Of a DNA stretch of 64,000 nucleotides, positions 24,131 through 38,408 are shown piece after piece; within the stretch, counting starts at the first letter, position 1; every line of letters begins with the position of its first letter. Origin of the DNA: Hemiscyllium ocellatum (lineage: Eukaryota). Below the pieces are notes generated by a model. It was not told the origin of the DNA, did no database searches, and saw only the letters and a program-made list of their open reading frames with translations. The translations under genes and the position numbers were made by a program. The stretch lies in NCBI RefSeq assembly GCF_020745735.1, contig NW_026867509.1, positions 1,364,001 through 1,428,000 on the forward strand, read 5' to 3'.

Positions 24131-25269
24131 GCTGAAGCCTGTGTTGGAAAATTGGATAGTGGCCGTCATCACACAAACGACCTTCTACCATCACGTGTAT
24201 TTTGAATGTGTAAGTGCTATAATTAATTAGAATGATCAACGTGTTCCATGATCACTTACTCATGCAATGTCTTCTCATTCTCGTTTAACTGGAGTCCATC
24301 AGACATCCATTCCCACACACAATCTTTAACGCCCCGAGCAGCTTACATGTGACTCAAGCAAACATTTAGTGAAAGGGTATACTGTAATCGTGCTTTTGAG
24401 GGGCAAATAGCTGCCTGCATTAACTTAATGAGTATACCTACTTTTGCAACAGCTCCTTAATTCTAAGGGATTGGGTAGAACACATTTAGCTGTGTGTTTC
24501 ATTGTTTATCCTTACTAATGTATGATTCTGGAGGTATAACATTGGGTTTAACCATTGTCTAATTCACTAATATATATGCAAACAAATGATGTAGGAGCAG
24601 AATGAGACCATACTGCTCCTCCACTCAATAAAATCACGACTGATCTCTTTGTCTTCGAATGTCATTCACGTTTCAATTCCCAGCAGATGGAAATTCTGGA
24701 CTGATTATGTTGGAAATAAATGGGGATTTTACCTGATGGATGGATTGAAGAAGAAAGGAGATCTCAGGGGTTTGTAAGACACATGTTGACATTTAACAAT
24801 CGGTCAATCGCCAGAAAGTCTTTCAGAAATGTTTTGCATGTTCTGCTTCTGAATGAAAATGATGTCACCTTGAACGCGTTCTGCTCAATCCAATGTGAAC
24901 TCTCTGTTGATATGCCACTTGCTGCTTTGAATGTATTCTTTATGGCTGCAGATACTTTGATTGATACATTACAAGTTTCATATCTTTAAAGGAAATTACT
25001 TTAATCAGCTCAACCACTCAAAAGAAGTGGATCAAAAAACAGAATCCCATTTTGGGAAAACATACGAAATCCAGTTGGCTGAACAGGGCAGTGGGTTTAA
25101 GTAAATTGCATGCACTCAGATTCAAAATGTTTCAATTCTGAACGTAACTGCATGCAATAATAACCCTACCATCATTGGTGTGCTCGCTAATGCCTCATTA
25201 AATCTGATGACTAGTATGAATTCAGAGATCCAGCAGTACTTGTGGAGAAAGCATACACCTTCCTTCTCA

Positions 25270-25530
25270 CACTGTCAAATTCATTCTCAATCTCTCACAC
25301 ATACTAAGGTGCACTGTATCTCTATCATATTCTCTTCGTCATATTTACTCCCAGAAAAGCTCTGACTCACTCACAAGGAAATACACACTCTCTTTATCTC
25401 ACAAACACAAATTCTCTTTGATTCACACTCACTCACACACTTTAATATTAATTCTCAGACAAGCTCTCAGGTTCACATATATTCTCTCACAATCACGCTG
25501 TCAAATTCTCACACAGTCAAACTCGCTCTC
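25270..25530 (+). repeat. Degenerate CA/CT-rich low-complexity tract
   Basis: Repeated ctcacac/actca units. Confidence 0.55.
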
Positions 25531-27345
25531 GATGAGCATCACAATGATAGTGTTGGAGAACTAGAGGCACAAATGTTCCAAACCGCTGCTCCCACGCTCT
25601 GGAAGAGCAACCTTCATATTGCCACTTTGCTAATATGTGTCAAATTGTCAAAACTATTTGTAAGTGACTTGTGGATTGCCCAGATTTGAAGAGGGTGATT
25701 CTGCAGTGAAACAAATTACTCGATGAGGAGCTTGAGGAGATTTAATCTCATTTCAAAAGGGGATTTGGGTGTTTTCGAAATGTGAATATATGGAAAGTTT
25801 CTGGAAGGTTCGGAGTGTGCGATTAAAAAAATCATTCCGTTCAGAGAAAGCAGTGCTCCTGGAGACTGAAAGGCCTCCTTCTGTGGCTGGCAGATGCCGA
25901 TGCGTCGGGGAATATTAAGGACTATTGCAGCAGAAGTCAATCGTTCAGTTTTTGCATCCCTAGCTTTACAACTGTTGTAAAAAAGAACAGAAGCTGCAAT
26001 AAAGGCCGAGTTCACTGCAAAACACCAGTGTTTGTAGTATCTTGATAACCGCTAACATTGCATCACTGTGTGACAATGGGCATCAAATTCCAAAAGCAAA
26101 ACGTTGGATAGATGTCTATAATTGTCTCTCTGTTGTGTGTATCTCTGCTTGTTCATCAATGGTTGTGCATCTGGAAGTTTCTGTCTCTTTCAAATATCCG
26201 TGTATAAGTGTCTACATCGGTGTTGTCTGCATATTCATTTCTGTCTGCAATGAAATATAACCCTTCTGGGGATTCAATGAAACAAAATGATTAAATAAAA
26301 GCTACTCTTTCCCCGTGTTTCTCTTCTATTCAAAGTGGTGCAATGTTACCGTCCGCTGATGGCTTGGTGTCACTGCACTATCATTCGCGATTTAGCCAGG
26401 GAGAAGATGGAAACACGCATCACTATCCAAACTGACAGTCGTATCAACTCAAATGCAGGATCTGTGAGAGTCGCTCACCGAGGGACAAGAAACTGCTTAG
26501 TTTAATTGTTCTTGTTCATATCCAGTTGTTTTTCAACAGATATATTCGGAGAAATGTGGAGGTCATGGAGAAAAATGTTCACAAACCTTAGAGTGTCATG
26601 TTTACTTGAATTTCTGGAATAACATTATCCGTACCCACAGTATTAGTTGAGTTCCTTATTGTGGTCTAATGTTGGCCACTGGTTGTCTGGAAGTTTCTTG
26701 TCCATGGATAACTTTGTGAGTGATTGCTGTGGAAATCCTGATACCAGTCCAACAACCCTTTGCTTCCTTTCGAACAAGATAAAATAATTCAACGTAAAGA
26801 GCACTCATTTTGGACTGGAGACGGTCCATCTGTTTGTCTGACATGCTTCCGTTGAAATTCTAACGTTTATCGCCATCATGTGGATTGTATAGTGGGTACC
26901 AAAAATAATCGAACTGTCCTTATTATTGAAGGCACAGATCTAAAGCTTCCTCCAGTTTAATGGGTTTTCTTCTGGGTCATGTTGAAGGAAAACGACAAGG
27001 AGAGTTTACGAATTTCGGACAAATAGAGACAGGAAAGAAAGGTAAGATGAATGCACGGCGGAATGGAAGGGGGAAAGGAAGGGATTGAAGCTACAAATAT
27101 CGGTCCCGAAAACAGGGTAGCTGAAATAATGGGTATGAAAGCGTATAGTTGTGTGGCATCTTAACGAAACACTCAGAACATCCAATGTTTGATCTATTTT
27201 TTTCATCTATTTTCTGCTATCATAAGCTTTCACAGGTTGGGAATTGACCTAACAATTGAGTACAAGGACATGAGCATGTACATTCTAATTGAAACCACAG
27301 AGTTAGAACACAAACAATGGGTTCTCATTGCTTTTGGTGCTGTTT

Positions 27346-28247
27346 TCATCGTTTAATAAAACTGTTGAAGAACGTGTAAGGAGAGAGCAGCAGCTTCATA
27401 AGCTCCTGTCGGAACTTTGTCTGGGTCACTGCATAGATGAATACATTATTACAAGAACTGAATAACTGAAGCAGGTTGGTCATTTCTTGAAGGATGAATT
27501 GTGGATCATTAAAATTCAGTCCGCCAAAATAACCCTCTCCTGTAAACTGCACGAAGAGGAATCGTCCAACGTAGGTGGCCCAGAGAAGTAGAAAGCTGAG
27601 GGAAATTGTGAAGAGCAATACAATGGACTTGTTGCGGTTGGCCAACTCAGCATCATTGGAATTCTCAGAACCTCGAAGTCTTTTCCGTGCTCTGCTGGCT
27701 GCTATGATGTGTCTAACAGTCAGGGCGTTGAACAGGAGAATAAGGAGAAAAGGGAGGAAGGGGGTCAGAATGTGGTCCATCCATTGATAACACTGCCAGG
27801 CAGGCAAGGTATAAAAACTGGACTTTAAGTCACAGAACCAGGGCTTCCCGTCCAGAATGTATAAGGGCTGGTAGACAAAGAAGAAAGGGGTGTTCTTGAT
27901 ACAGCTCAGTAGACAGACAATTCCTATGATGACTGACGCAATTTTCTCAGTGCCGCATCTGGTCTTCAGGCTCTGGCAGCAGATGGCAACAAAACGGTCG
28001 AGGGTGAATGCAACAGTCAACCAAACGGAGCTATCCCGGCTGATATAGACCAAAACAGTGCTGATTCTGCACACAGGGGTAGTTGATAGAAGGCTGTACC
28101 TAAAGTAAATGCTACCAATCCGATTGATTATGACAGCGCCAATGATGACAATGAAATCGGTTACTGCAATTGACAGTAAGTAGTAGGTGATACCACGAGA
28201 CAGGCCGCACCGTGTTTGGAAAAGGATCACTATCGTTTCCAAATTAG
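27346..28247 (-). CDS. GPR139-like class A GPCR, exon 2 (TM1 end to TM7, stop)
   Basis: 902-nt exon after ttacag acceptor; open frame (A)NLETIVILFQTRCGLSRGITYYLLSIAVTD..TLDRFVAICC..WFC..CNNVFIYAVTQTKFRQEL; DRF motif, hydrophobic TM pattern. Confidence 0.93.
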
Positions 28248-29675
28248 CTGTAAGACATCAAAAATGCGAAATAGCTTCGAGTAAAATTTAAACACAAGCT
28301 ACTTTCACAGTCAATCTTTTGCAGAAACTTTCAGACTTCTCCCCTAGATACCTCCAGACTTGTAATATTGTAAAGCAAATCACATTTGTTCATCATTCAA
28401 ATGTGGGTTAAATACTGGACATGACAAAAGTCATTTCAATTTGTCGCTACCACTAACAATGCATGACAGTCACTCAATCAGTCCGTGTAGCTGGCTTTCC
28501 AGGTAAACCTGAATGGATACATTTGCAAAACCGTGTACTTATTGTATCAAATCCATCCATCAACGTCTATTCATGCTGACCTATATTGGCTTGAATTCCA
28601 GTAATATCGCCGTAAGATAATCCTACTCTTCAAACTGAAAAAAAACACATACCATATTCATCCGCATCCCATTCACAACCAAAACCATCTGAGATCGCAC
28701 AATGCCTACTTTCTGGCCTTGGGTGTCTCCAGCACATTTATCATTTCACTCGTGTCCAGGCCCAAACTTCTAATTCAGTCCCCAGGTAAAAGCCTATCTT
28801 TTTTGATCTTCAGCCAATTCTTTAAAACTCCCACATCTTTCAAACTGATGATCATATTCCCCCTTATGTAAAGGTTTGCATGAAACCAAATGCACCTCTG
28901 AAGGAACAAGTGAAACTACATTCCAAAGTGAAAGCTAAACGTCACTGTTGCAGTTCCCAACAACAGCTATTCCCACGTAATTGTTAAACATAAAAACATA
29001 TAAGCATACAAAAATTTATCATAAGAAGACAATTGCTTAGTATGGTGAATCTTGGATCACCATTCAGACCTTTCAAATGTTGCTATTAAAAATGCCTAAA
29101 ACCACGTTCACAACTGGAATTTCACATCGTGGCTTCGTTTAACTGTGAATAGATGCCGTGCTGTACACTCGTATAATCACTTAAATCTTTTCGTTTTATA
29201 TGATGTAATGATGGCACTCTAACTATTCATTTTCTGGACCAAAAATAAAAATAGCAAATTATGTCCTCCACTGTAATACACCATTAGTCCCGCAAATATG
29301 AAAACACAATATTTGACTTTGCTACATTAGGATAGGATATAATGATCAACAACTTACAGACTGATTCAAAGTTAGACATTACCAATTGTTCCCCAGAAAT
29401 TATTAAGCGGTATTTATATAGGGATGCATCACAATAATTTGAGTATCATTCGCTAATGCCCAGAACACAAGTGCAATGAAGTAATGTCTTCAATACTAGA
29501 CATAACACCCCAAAATATCATGTAATGCAACTAATAAATTAGGACGTGATTGAACCCCTATTACACAGAAATCACAGAATGTTAAATACCTTCAGTACAA
29601 ATCTGAATGGAAAGAGACAATACTTCTGGAGAGATATATGAAAAGAAAACCGGGTGCATCGGAGCCATTACTAAC

Positions 29676-29745
29676 CAGGGGCACCAATTGCAGCGAGAAT
29701 AGGATAACATATGGCAAAGATAGGGCCATTCGCTGGTCCGTGCAT
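29676..29745 (-). CDS. GPR139-like GPCR, exon 1
   Basis: ATG at 29745; MHGPANGPIFAICYPILAAIGAP + G|gttagt. The phase-1 join to exon 2 gives a continuous 323-aa ORF. Confidence 0.85.
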
Positions 29746-30415
29746 TGTCCTTCGTACACTAAAGGAATTGCAGCAATTGTGCAGCCTTACTCTTTGAAAC
29801 GACTATGCGTTCCCTCATTTATTTCGAATGACAGAGTCCACAGGGACAATGAAGTCACAAACTGCACGTTTGGTTATATTTAGATCAACGAAAAGGTCGG
29901 ACTTTCGGTTTCTTCCATTGCGTTGACAAATTTGGCAAAGAGGATATTCCCATTTCCCTTGCAAATTCTGTGGTCCTGTTCTCCCCATGAGCGTTTCCTG
30001 TTTTTCTTTTATTATCGATCAAGTGCAGTCAGTGATGGCCCAGATCCTGAACTCGGGTTCAGTATTTTATGGAAACCAAAGTGTTTGCTTCTCTTGAATG
30101 CCTTCAGCGGTTCCATGCACCTTTAGTATTAGAATAATTTATATGCATGTGTTGATTGGGAAGCAGTTTAGTCTTTAAATTATAGATCCATGTAATATTT
30201 TTAAGGATTAAACTCTGAATAATTTGAAACCGTTGTTAGGTAACAAGGGAGAGAACCTGAGAAGAAGACATTCACATGCAAATTCTGGTGATGTTGTATT
30301 CTGACGAACACATCGTTTGACCTGGTGAACAAGAATGGAGGAAAGTGTTTCCAACTGCTTGAGTTCCGCGCCCCGTGCAATATCGTGAGGAAGACTTTCA
30401 GCTGTGGCAAAACTG

Positions 30416-31100
30416 GATCATGGTTTAGAAATGCAGTGTCAAATGCACTATCAATAGGGACATAATCAATCCTCTGTCCAGCGTTAAATATCCCAGAGTC
30501 AGAAAGTAATACAGTACCCCTCAATCCAACTCGTCCACGTCAACGATAATCCCCAGTTAACCTCTCCCACATGCTTTGGCTAGCAACACATCCCTCCAAA
30601 CGTTTCTTATTCCTGCACGTAAAGAAATGCATTTTAAGTATTGTAAATATACCTGCATCCGTCACTTCCTCCAGCAGTTCTTTTCATATATGGACCACTC
30701 TTAATTTCAAACGGTTGACCCTCATTTCGTTTTTGAAATGTATTCCTCTCCCCCTAAAATTATATCCCTACTTTTGGAATCGCCCATCCGATAGAATAAA
30801 AGCCTTGCTATGCCCCTCGTTATTTTACAAAAGAAACCTCTACAATGTCAACCCTCAAACTCCTTCGCTAAATTAATGGACGTCCGAGCTGTCCAATTAC
30901 TTGTTTAACTCAACTCACATCCTTTACCGGTATTATTGACAAGCTCGCCGTTTTCAGAACCTTCAACAATTTAAGAATATCCTACCGACAACAGGGCAAC
31001 TAAAACTGCACATTGTTCTCCAGAAGAGGCATCAACATTCTGTATGACCTCAACAAGCCATCCCGACTATTACATCCAAAGTTCCCAACAATTAGCATGC
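30416..31100 (-). mobile_element. CR1-like LINE 3' fragment
   Basis: CR1-type 3' sequence on the minus strand; its 30416-30670 part is duplicated at 32218-32472. Confidence 0.65.
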
Positions 31101-32186
31101 GAAAAAGCTTCTGAAGCAGTCAATCACAACAAATGATTGAATGGGGACAGCGACAGGATTAAAGTACCCGAGTATAGAATTAAAAATGAAACTTGACATT
31201 TCAGCAACAATTAAGTCAGTTTCCTAAAACATCAACGATGAATTGGTCAGATGCAGTAATCAAATGCAGACTCTGAGAATATAATTGTTTCTTGATGCAA
31301 CCGCAACTTAAGATGAATTTAAAGAAATCCATGAATGAAGGTTCTCATGTCCGGTTAATCTTTGTTGGGAACGGTACTTCTTTGTCCCAAGGTCAAAATC
31401 TGCAAAATAATTAATGAAATCGTCTGTCAGATCCAAATGTTTTGTTTGCTTTGACTTACTCTGCTACAAGTCCTCATCTTCTAATGATCTGTTCTATTGA
31501 TTAGACAGAAAGCAAAAGCCAATGAGAGAGGACCTATAGTTAGCTAGAAGCAACTCGCAAAATTAAGCTGAATTATTCTGATCATATCTGGGGCTGTCAT
31601 CAAAAGAAAGTGATCATCGAACCCGATGGATTGTTACAAAAAAGCAAACAGGTTTACAAAGACCATCTCCAACAGTGACTTGTCATCTGATCTGAAATGA
31701 CACCAGGCTCTGCCTTCTGTCGGAGGGGTGTGAGTGAGAGGTGAACATCTCAATTTGATCCAAGTAAGGACAAAATCTCTTCCTCCTTCAAATTCTACCA
31801 TCTTGAAGGACGATAGAAACAAATTTCCTTCAGTTCCAAACTGCAGTCCAATATGTCAAACGTCCTGAGGCAGTGACTAAAGAGAAATGTTCTCCAATTA
31901 AATGTCAAGAAGACTTAACTATTGTCTTTAGCCCCTTCATAGTCTGAATATGCTTTCCATTGACTGCATTGTTCTACCTGGATCTGGTTGGCGCTTGTTA
32001 AACTAGTTAAAATCTAATTTCAAAGCAAAATTCTGTGGATCCTGGAAAGTGAAACGAACAGAGAAATTGATGTAGAACGTCAACAGAAACAAAATAAAAA
32101 GACTGAAATTGCTCGAAACGCTCAGCGGAACTGTCAGCAATCTGTGGAGGGAAATCAGTGTTAACTTGTCAGATGGTACTATTCAT

Positions 32187-32503
32187 CCTCAAAACAGACA
32201 CTAGCTATGAAAATTTCGGATCATGGTTTAGAAATGCAGTGTCAAGTGCACTATCAATAGGGACATAATCAATCCTCTGTCCAACGTTAAATATCCCAGA
32301 GTCAGAAAGTAATACAGCATCCCTCAATCCAACTCGTCCACGTCAACGATATTCCCCAGTTAAACTCTCCCACCTGCTTTGGCTAGCAACGCATCCATTC
32401 AAATTTTTCCTATTCCTGCACGTAATGAAATGCATTTTAAGTGTTGTAAATATACATGCATCGGTCACTTCCTCAAAACAGAGAGTAGCTATGAAAATTT
32501 CGG
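32187..32503. repeat. ~250-bp copy of 30416-30670 flanked by 33-bp direct repeats
   Basis: cctcaaaacagacactagctatgaaaatttcgg (32187-32219) and cctcaaaacagagagtagctatgaaaatttcgg (32471-32503), 31/33 identical. Confidence 0.85.
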
Positions 32504-32509
32504 TTTGCA

Positions 32510-33590
32510 TGCAGACGATTGGGTGAGGGATTTGATAAGGTGTAAACAATATTTGGAGATAGACCTCATAGGGAGAGAAGAACATGTAGTCAGACAAATT
32601 AGTCGATAACGATCCTGCTTGGAGGATGGGTAGCTATTATTGAATACCGCTTGTGGCTCCGAATGTGCCGTACCCAATAGCAGACTATGTGATAAGAAGG
32701 TCTGATGTGAGGGGTCTGTGTGAGGATATCGGAGAGCTCAAGACCCAAAGTTGTTGAACTTCACGTTGAGTCCAGAAGGCTGTCGTGTTCCCAAGTGGAA
32801 AATGAGGTACTGCTCTATCAGTTTACGCTGAACTTTGCTGGAGCTTTTCAGCAAGCCTGAGACAGAAATGTTGGCCAGGAAGCAAGGTGACATATTGAAG
32901 TTGTCGGCAACGAGAACCTCCCGGTCTTTTTCGCAGACAGAACGTGGATCTTCTGCAAATCGCTCACTCAGGCGATGCTTCGCTGTCCCAATATAGACGA
33001 GACAAAATTGTGAAGAGGGAATGCAGTGGACTACATTGTGAGAAGTTCAGATAAAGCGTTGCTTCACCTGGAAGGTGTGCTTGTGCCGTTAGACACGAAG
33101 GAGGGAGGAAGTAAACCTAGAGATTCCGTAATTGCAGTGGAAAGATTCGTGAAGTTGTCGGCTGGTGGCAGATTTGTTGGGCGTGAAGTCAGCATGTCCT
33201 TCAGTCAAGTGTCCCTGGGGAGGGCTGATACGGGAAGTGACGGAGATTTGTGTCTGGTGGTGGCATGTCACTGGCAAAAATGACAGCTAATTATCATCTT
33301 GATATGGTTACAGGTGGGAGAGCAAGTCAGGAAAATGGGAACTGGATCGCTGTGGTGGGATAGAAGAGAGAGTTGAGGACTGAAGTACGTGAGTTAGTTC
33401 GGACCAGTTAACAACTTTCTGGGGAATCTTCCGTTGTGAAATAATATGGAGATTATGGAGGCTCCATTGCCGTACTTGGCATCATCGGACACGTATTATG
33501 GAGATAGATGAACTGGGAGAATGACACCGAGAAACTCAACAGGTCCGATAACGTCCGAAGAAAGGAAATAGCATTATGATTTGAAATCAG
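32510..33590 (-). mobile_element. Penelope-like element fragment with GIY-YIG endonuclease
   Basis: Minus strand LVYIGTAKHRLSERFAEDPRSV...VADNFN...LIEQYLIFHLGTRQPSGLNVKFNNF (about 33000-32750). Confidence 0.85.
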
Positions 33591-33639
33591 ATGAAACAGA
33601 ATAAGGGATGGATCCTGAATATATAAAATAATGCGGAAG

Positions 33640-33735
33640 ATTAGATTAGATATGATTCCCTACAGTGTAGAAACAGGCCCTTCAGCCCAACAAGTCTACA
33701 TCGACACTCCAAAGAGTAACCCACCGAGACCCATG
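33640..33735 (-). mobile_element. 3' fragment of the same SINE family as 18716-19035
   Basis: attagattag..tacagtgtagaaacaggcccttcagcccaacaagtc..agagtaacccacc matches the SINE tail. Confidence 0.8.
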
Positions 33736-35125
33736 GCGTGATCCATAGTATGGCGAATTCATCTGGTCTACACATCTTTGAACTTTCATGCTGCCACTTT
33801 GGTAGGTAAAACAGAATACTAGAATATTTCTTCAATTGTCTAAATTTGGAAGTTCTCCATGACCGAAGAGTCCCGTCAATCTTTGTTCTAATGTCACGAG
33901 AAGACAACATGCTAAAAACGTTTAAGTGCTGTTGAGATTGAAATATTCTATATAGCTCAAATTAAACGATTAGTCTTTTTTAAAATATCTGTCAAAGATA
34001 AATTTGTCACAGAGGGAGAGCAACAATGCTTCACAAGACTGAATGTTGGAATGTTTGAATTGTTCTTAGACCGAAAACTGAGGACTCTGGAACTGTGTTC
34101 TCTACAACTTAGAAGAATGTAGGATGATCACACTTAACCTTAGTGCACCTTTCCACTATTGACTAAAAGCAACATTATACACGCAACAGACAGAAAAAAG
34201 GTGTATCACAAATAATTTTCTTAAATATATGCGAGAATTTGTTCTTGATGTAAATCATGTATCTGAATCACAATTGTCTTACAAATGTGTGTCCCCCCTC
34301 CCCCACCCCACCTGATATGATCTTGCAGCCCGGCTCTCACTTGCGAGGCTGATTGCAGATGTCGACGTTCAGGTTCAATTTTCCTGATCAGATATTTGAC
34401 CGCGGACCCACGCAACTGCTCAGTGTTAAATAATCACCCCAACTGATGGATTAAAACGAGGATAAGGTGAGGACGGGAGGAAGAGAAATTGTTGTTGTGT
34501 GTGGGGGAGAAATAAACTTGCTTCTGGGTTCTTGCATGATCGCAGCTTCGCAATCTTGGCTCAACATTTAGGAACCAGTGAAAACACTGACCAAGCTCCT
34601 TACTATTGGGTAAGGAGGACTGCAGCAATCGGTGACAGCACATATCCCCATCTTCAACCTTAGAACTTCTGTATACTGGGCGAATGGTCGAGGACATAAC
34701 ATATCCCGCTCACAGAGCTGGTGAAGTGACATAAAACTATCGATTCGCTCTTTAAATATGCTGCCTACTCAGACAACGTATGTCCAGAGAGACTGAGTCC
34801 ACTCAGTCTTCTGCAATTCAACTCCATCCCTCTGGGGCAATGCAACCCAGCTAACGATCCAGTCTCCCAGACTTATCTCCAGAACCCCATCATCGAAAAC
34901 ATCAGCTCTCGCTGCGGAAACACTGAGACCCCCCCTCCCCCCACGTTAATCCTGTCTGTTTGCCCTTTAAGTACCGATTGCAAAAAAACAACATTGTCTG
35001 GATTCAATACTACATGGCTCCCCAAGATCGTCCGAATGACAGGAACGGTCTGGGAATTTAACTGTATCGTGTTGGTCGCTTCTAATGTTCACCAACCTCT
35101 CCGTTTAATTTATAGCTTATTTCAG

Positions 35126-35475
35126 TCAGTTAGTAACACAGGATCCGACAACCATGACAAGGAAGAAGCGTCATCTCTCTCCATTACCTGTGTTTAAAAT
35201 GGTCATTCTTTTTTGTAATTACCTTTTTGATAATGGGCATTTCTTCATACAAACACAGTCAGCGACAGAGGGGGAGCGGATCTGCACCATCGGTATATTT
35301 ATTATAATAATGAATAAAACACAAAATACATTTTCATTGGATATTAAGGTTGTCAGATTTGAAGGCACCGCCACCTATTTCTGCAGAGCTCAGTATAGTT
35401 AAGACTGCGTAGCCTGATGGGCCTCAGTTTCATGCTGCTCAAAAACTCTCACTAGAGATTCACACAAAAACAAAT
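35126..35475 (+). pseudogene. NAR-TCR-type V pseudogene (second cassette)
   Basis: After tttcag acceptor: VTQDPTTMTR/SLSITCV-stop, then DNGHFFIQTQSATEGERICTIGIFIIIMNKTQNTFSLDIKVVRFEGTATYFCRAQY, colinear with 7458-7742. Heptamer lost, caaaaact nonamer remnant; upstream promoter-like similarity but ATG lost near 34920. Confidence 0.85.
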
Positions 35476-38408
35476 TGACAACTGCATTAATCTGCCTGGA
35501 AGATCCTGTATTTCAGCCTCACATGAATGTCTCACATTCCAGATGGAAAGCAAATTTCACTCTTCAGCAATCATTTTTTCAGTATCTTCCACAGAGCTTG
35601 TATGAAGTTTCGAGCTTCCTTCATTTGCATCATTTGTCAAACGGTCAGGAAATAAGCTCAAACCAAAAAAAAAGGACACATACAATACTCGATATTAATC
35701 TAAATTTCCGGAATAAGAGAACTTTTCCCACTGCGTGCTGATGATTTCTCGACTCTTTGTGGTAGGTTTGGTTACTGTACAATGGAGATCGAGAGGAGCT
35801 AGATGGTGAGATTCGACGTTGTCTATAGATTTGGGACAATGGTGACTATCGAAGTTTGGAAGTGACTCCACACTCCAAAGTGTTATCGATCTTTATAGTG
35901 AATGGATCGTGTATTATTGTGGTCATCAATTGCAAAAGAACGTTAAAACACACATTTTGGAAGGAACAGTCACCGTTGCTGCATCCGAATTTCTGACAGA
36001 ATATGGGAGTCGGATCCTGGATTGCTCAGGCAGAAGTCTCTTATGGAACCCAGCCTTGTGTCGGCAGTTTCACTGCACCAGCATCATCAGTAATTTCACA
36101 TGTCAAGACACCGATACTATTATCAGTGACATAATCTGGTTTTAATGAGGAAAGAGTAGTGAAATTCTGTCCTCTATTCTTGGACAGAAATCAGTCTGTT
36201 GCTTCGATTAAAAAAACTTGCATCACAGTGACCCATAACAAAGCAGAGATTGAAGTCTCAAAGAGGTCCTAGATTGCAAAGATTCAATTAAAACACTTGT
36301 CCCACTAGAAAATCGATAGCATTTCTAGGCGAGCATCACATATAGGACCCATGAATTTATGTCTTGAGGACTTGTCCTTATTAGGGAATCCATTAAACGA
36401 ATGATCAAATTACCATTTTCAACTGTTTTCATATATGACTTCATAAAAGCAGTCACATTCCAAATTTTGCAGCCTCAGTCCCAATGTGAAACTGAAAATA
36501 CCTTTTTTTTCATATTGTAGATGTTTTGAGACATTAGACTGCTGTAATATAGCTGCTTAAGAGAACGAAACCAAAGCGGGACAATGCTCATTTACAACCG
36601 AGAATAAACAATTCATCAAAACGAATATGTTGACAACTCCTTGGGCATTCGTCAAAGTTCAACTCCATCGCCAGAGGGTTCGCTGAACTCTGTGTATGGA
36701 AGTGCTTGAATGGGTTCCACCTTGGAATGGTGGGTCAAAGTTTGGTCTGCATACTTGTGTACGCCTGGATTTGTTTTGGAACAAGTGCAGCTAAGGTTAA
36801 TCAGACAGTCCCCTGAGATAAAGTTATTGTCCTGTATGAAGCGATTGTGAAGTGGACGCTACATTGCTAACCAGTTAGAGGAAGGAAAAATGCTTTATTT
36901 TGAACTGATCCAAGTTTTAATGGAAATATACTCAATGATTTTTACTCCAGGCTAAACAAGTCTGGAAAAGAGTCAAAATTTGAGCGTAAGGGATCGGATA
37001 TTGCAACTACAGAGAGGCATTATATTTCAGTGAAGTGATTGTCTTCAGTCTGTGTATTCCGTATCTCATAAAGCAGTGTAGTCCCAGAGCTTGATCATTT
37101 TAACTGAATCTCTTTTCCGAGAGTACCAGAGAGGCGCAGTGAGACTTCAGAGAAATGTTTCGTGCCATGACCGGGTGGTTGATACTTAGCCAAGAGGATT
37201 TAGGCATTAATGCATTATGTTCACTAACAGAATAATCAAGTCGTGACGATGGAGAAATATTCAAAATGAATAATCCACAGAATGTGGAACTCGCCACCTA
37301 AAAAAAAAAGTTTGGAGCACGTTGTATTGAGTTACTTATGGAAGATTTTAAAATCACTTAGTAGGCAAACAGAGTGCATCTACAACGCATTCTGTTAAAG
37401 CAATGCCAATTAGATTTCTGACTGGGATCGACGTTAGCGTATATGCACTCAGGCATAAATCAGTTTGTTCCAACGGTATATTCCCTATCTCTAGAATTAA
37501 GGCAAAACAAAACTGATCTCCATTAGAATTAATCAGGAGTCAATAAATCTCTACAAATAATTTAAACTGAGAAAGAGCTGAAAGAGGATTTCTACGGAGT
37601 AACAACAAAACTACCGCAACAGCAGTGCAGATTCACCACAACTGTCTATTGAGAGAAGTTGGGACATGTATCTACAATTGGAAGAAATTCAAATGGTATA
37701 AAGAAAATGCAGAGATAAAATAAAAATAAAGTGAAATTTTGCATGGTACAGGTAAACAGACAAGAAACGAAACTGATTTTAAAACAACAAGATCAGGTGG
37801 AATTTCCTGGACAGATGCCAACTGCAGAAAATTACTGAATTTTCATTATTAATCAATCACGTCATTGTTTCTCAGTCTTGCCATGCACTGTGGTACAAAA
37901 CTATTGGATAGCTTTGGAGCAGCTATATTTGGAAATTGTCTCAGTAAGCATAAGAGGTTTCCTTGGGATTACTTTTCATCACAGTAAATCGGACGTAAAA
38001 TATAATATCCATCAGAGAATAAAATAGGTTTTCATTCGACCCTCCTCTGGTTACTGACTTATTAAGAGTCCATTGCAATTGTTGCCACTGAAGATGCTTT
38101 TCCCCCCATAACCATGCTTGTTGCCTTATGCTGCTGCTGTCCGTTACACTTTATAAAGTAGCTGTTCATTCAGTTCCAATCATCCGTTTTGGCAGCTCAT
38201 TCGACAACATAGGAAGACGACATACGTAAAAAAAAGTGTCATCTTGTCATCTCAGCAATGTATGTTTTGAAAACAAAAGAGAATAGGTCCAATGGAATTC
38301 CAATAATGTTAACTGTCACAAAAAAACAACTCAGATCAATTTCGGAGATTTACAATTTCCCTTTCTAAACAGTGGCAGAATAATTAATAATGCTCAATGT
38401 TATTCCAG

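Noticed and set aside
25580-26010. Leader-like stretch with gtaagt donor followed by GDSAVKQ...DYC
   Set aside because: Multiple stops, motif spacing inconsistent with a V domain, no RSS.
26630-26990. Minus-strand LDWYQ motif
   Set aside because: No supporting Cys motifs or RSS.
31540-31822. Minus ORF VEFEGGRDFVLTW...NSA*FC, vaguely V-like
   Set aside because: Similarity at chance level; no RSS.
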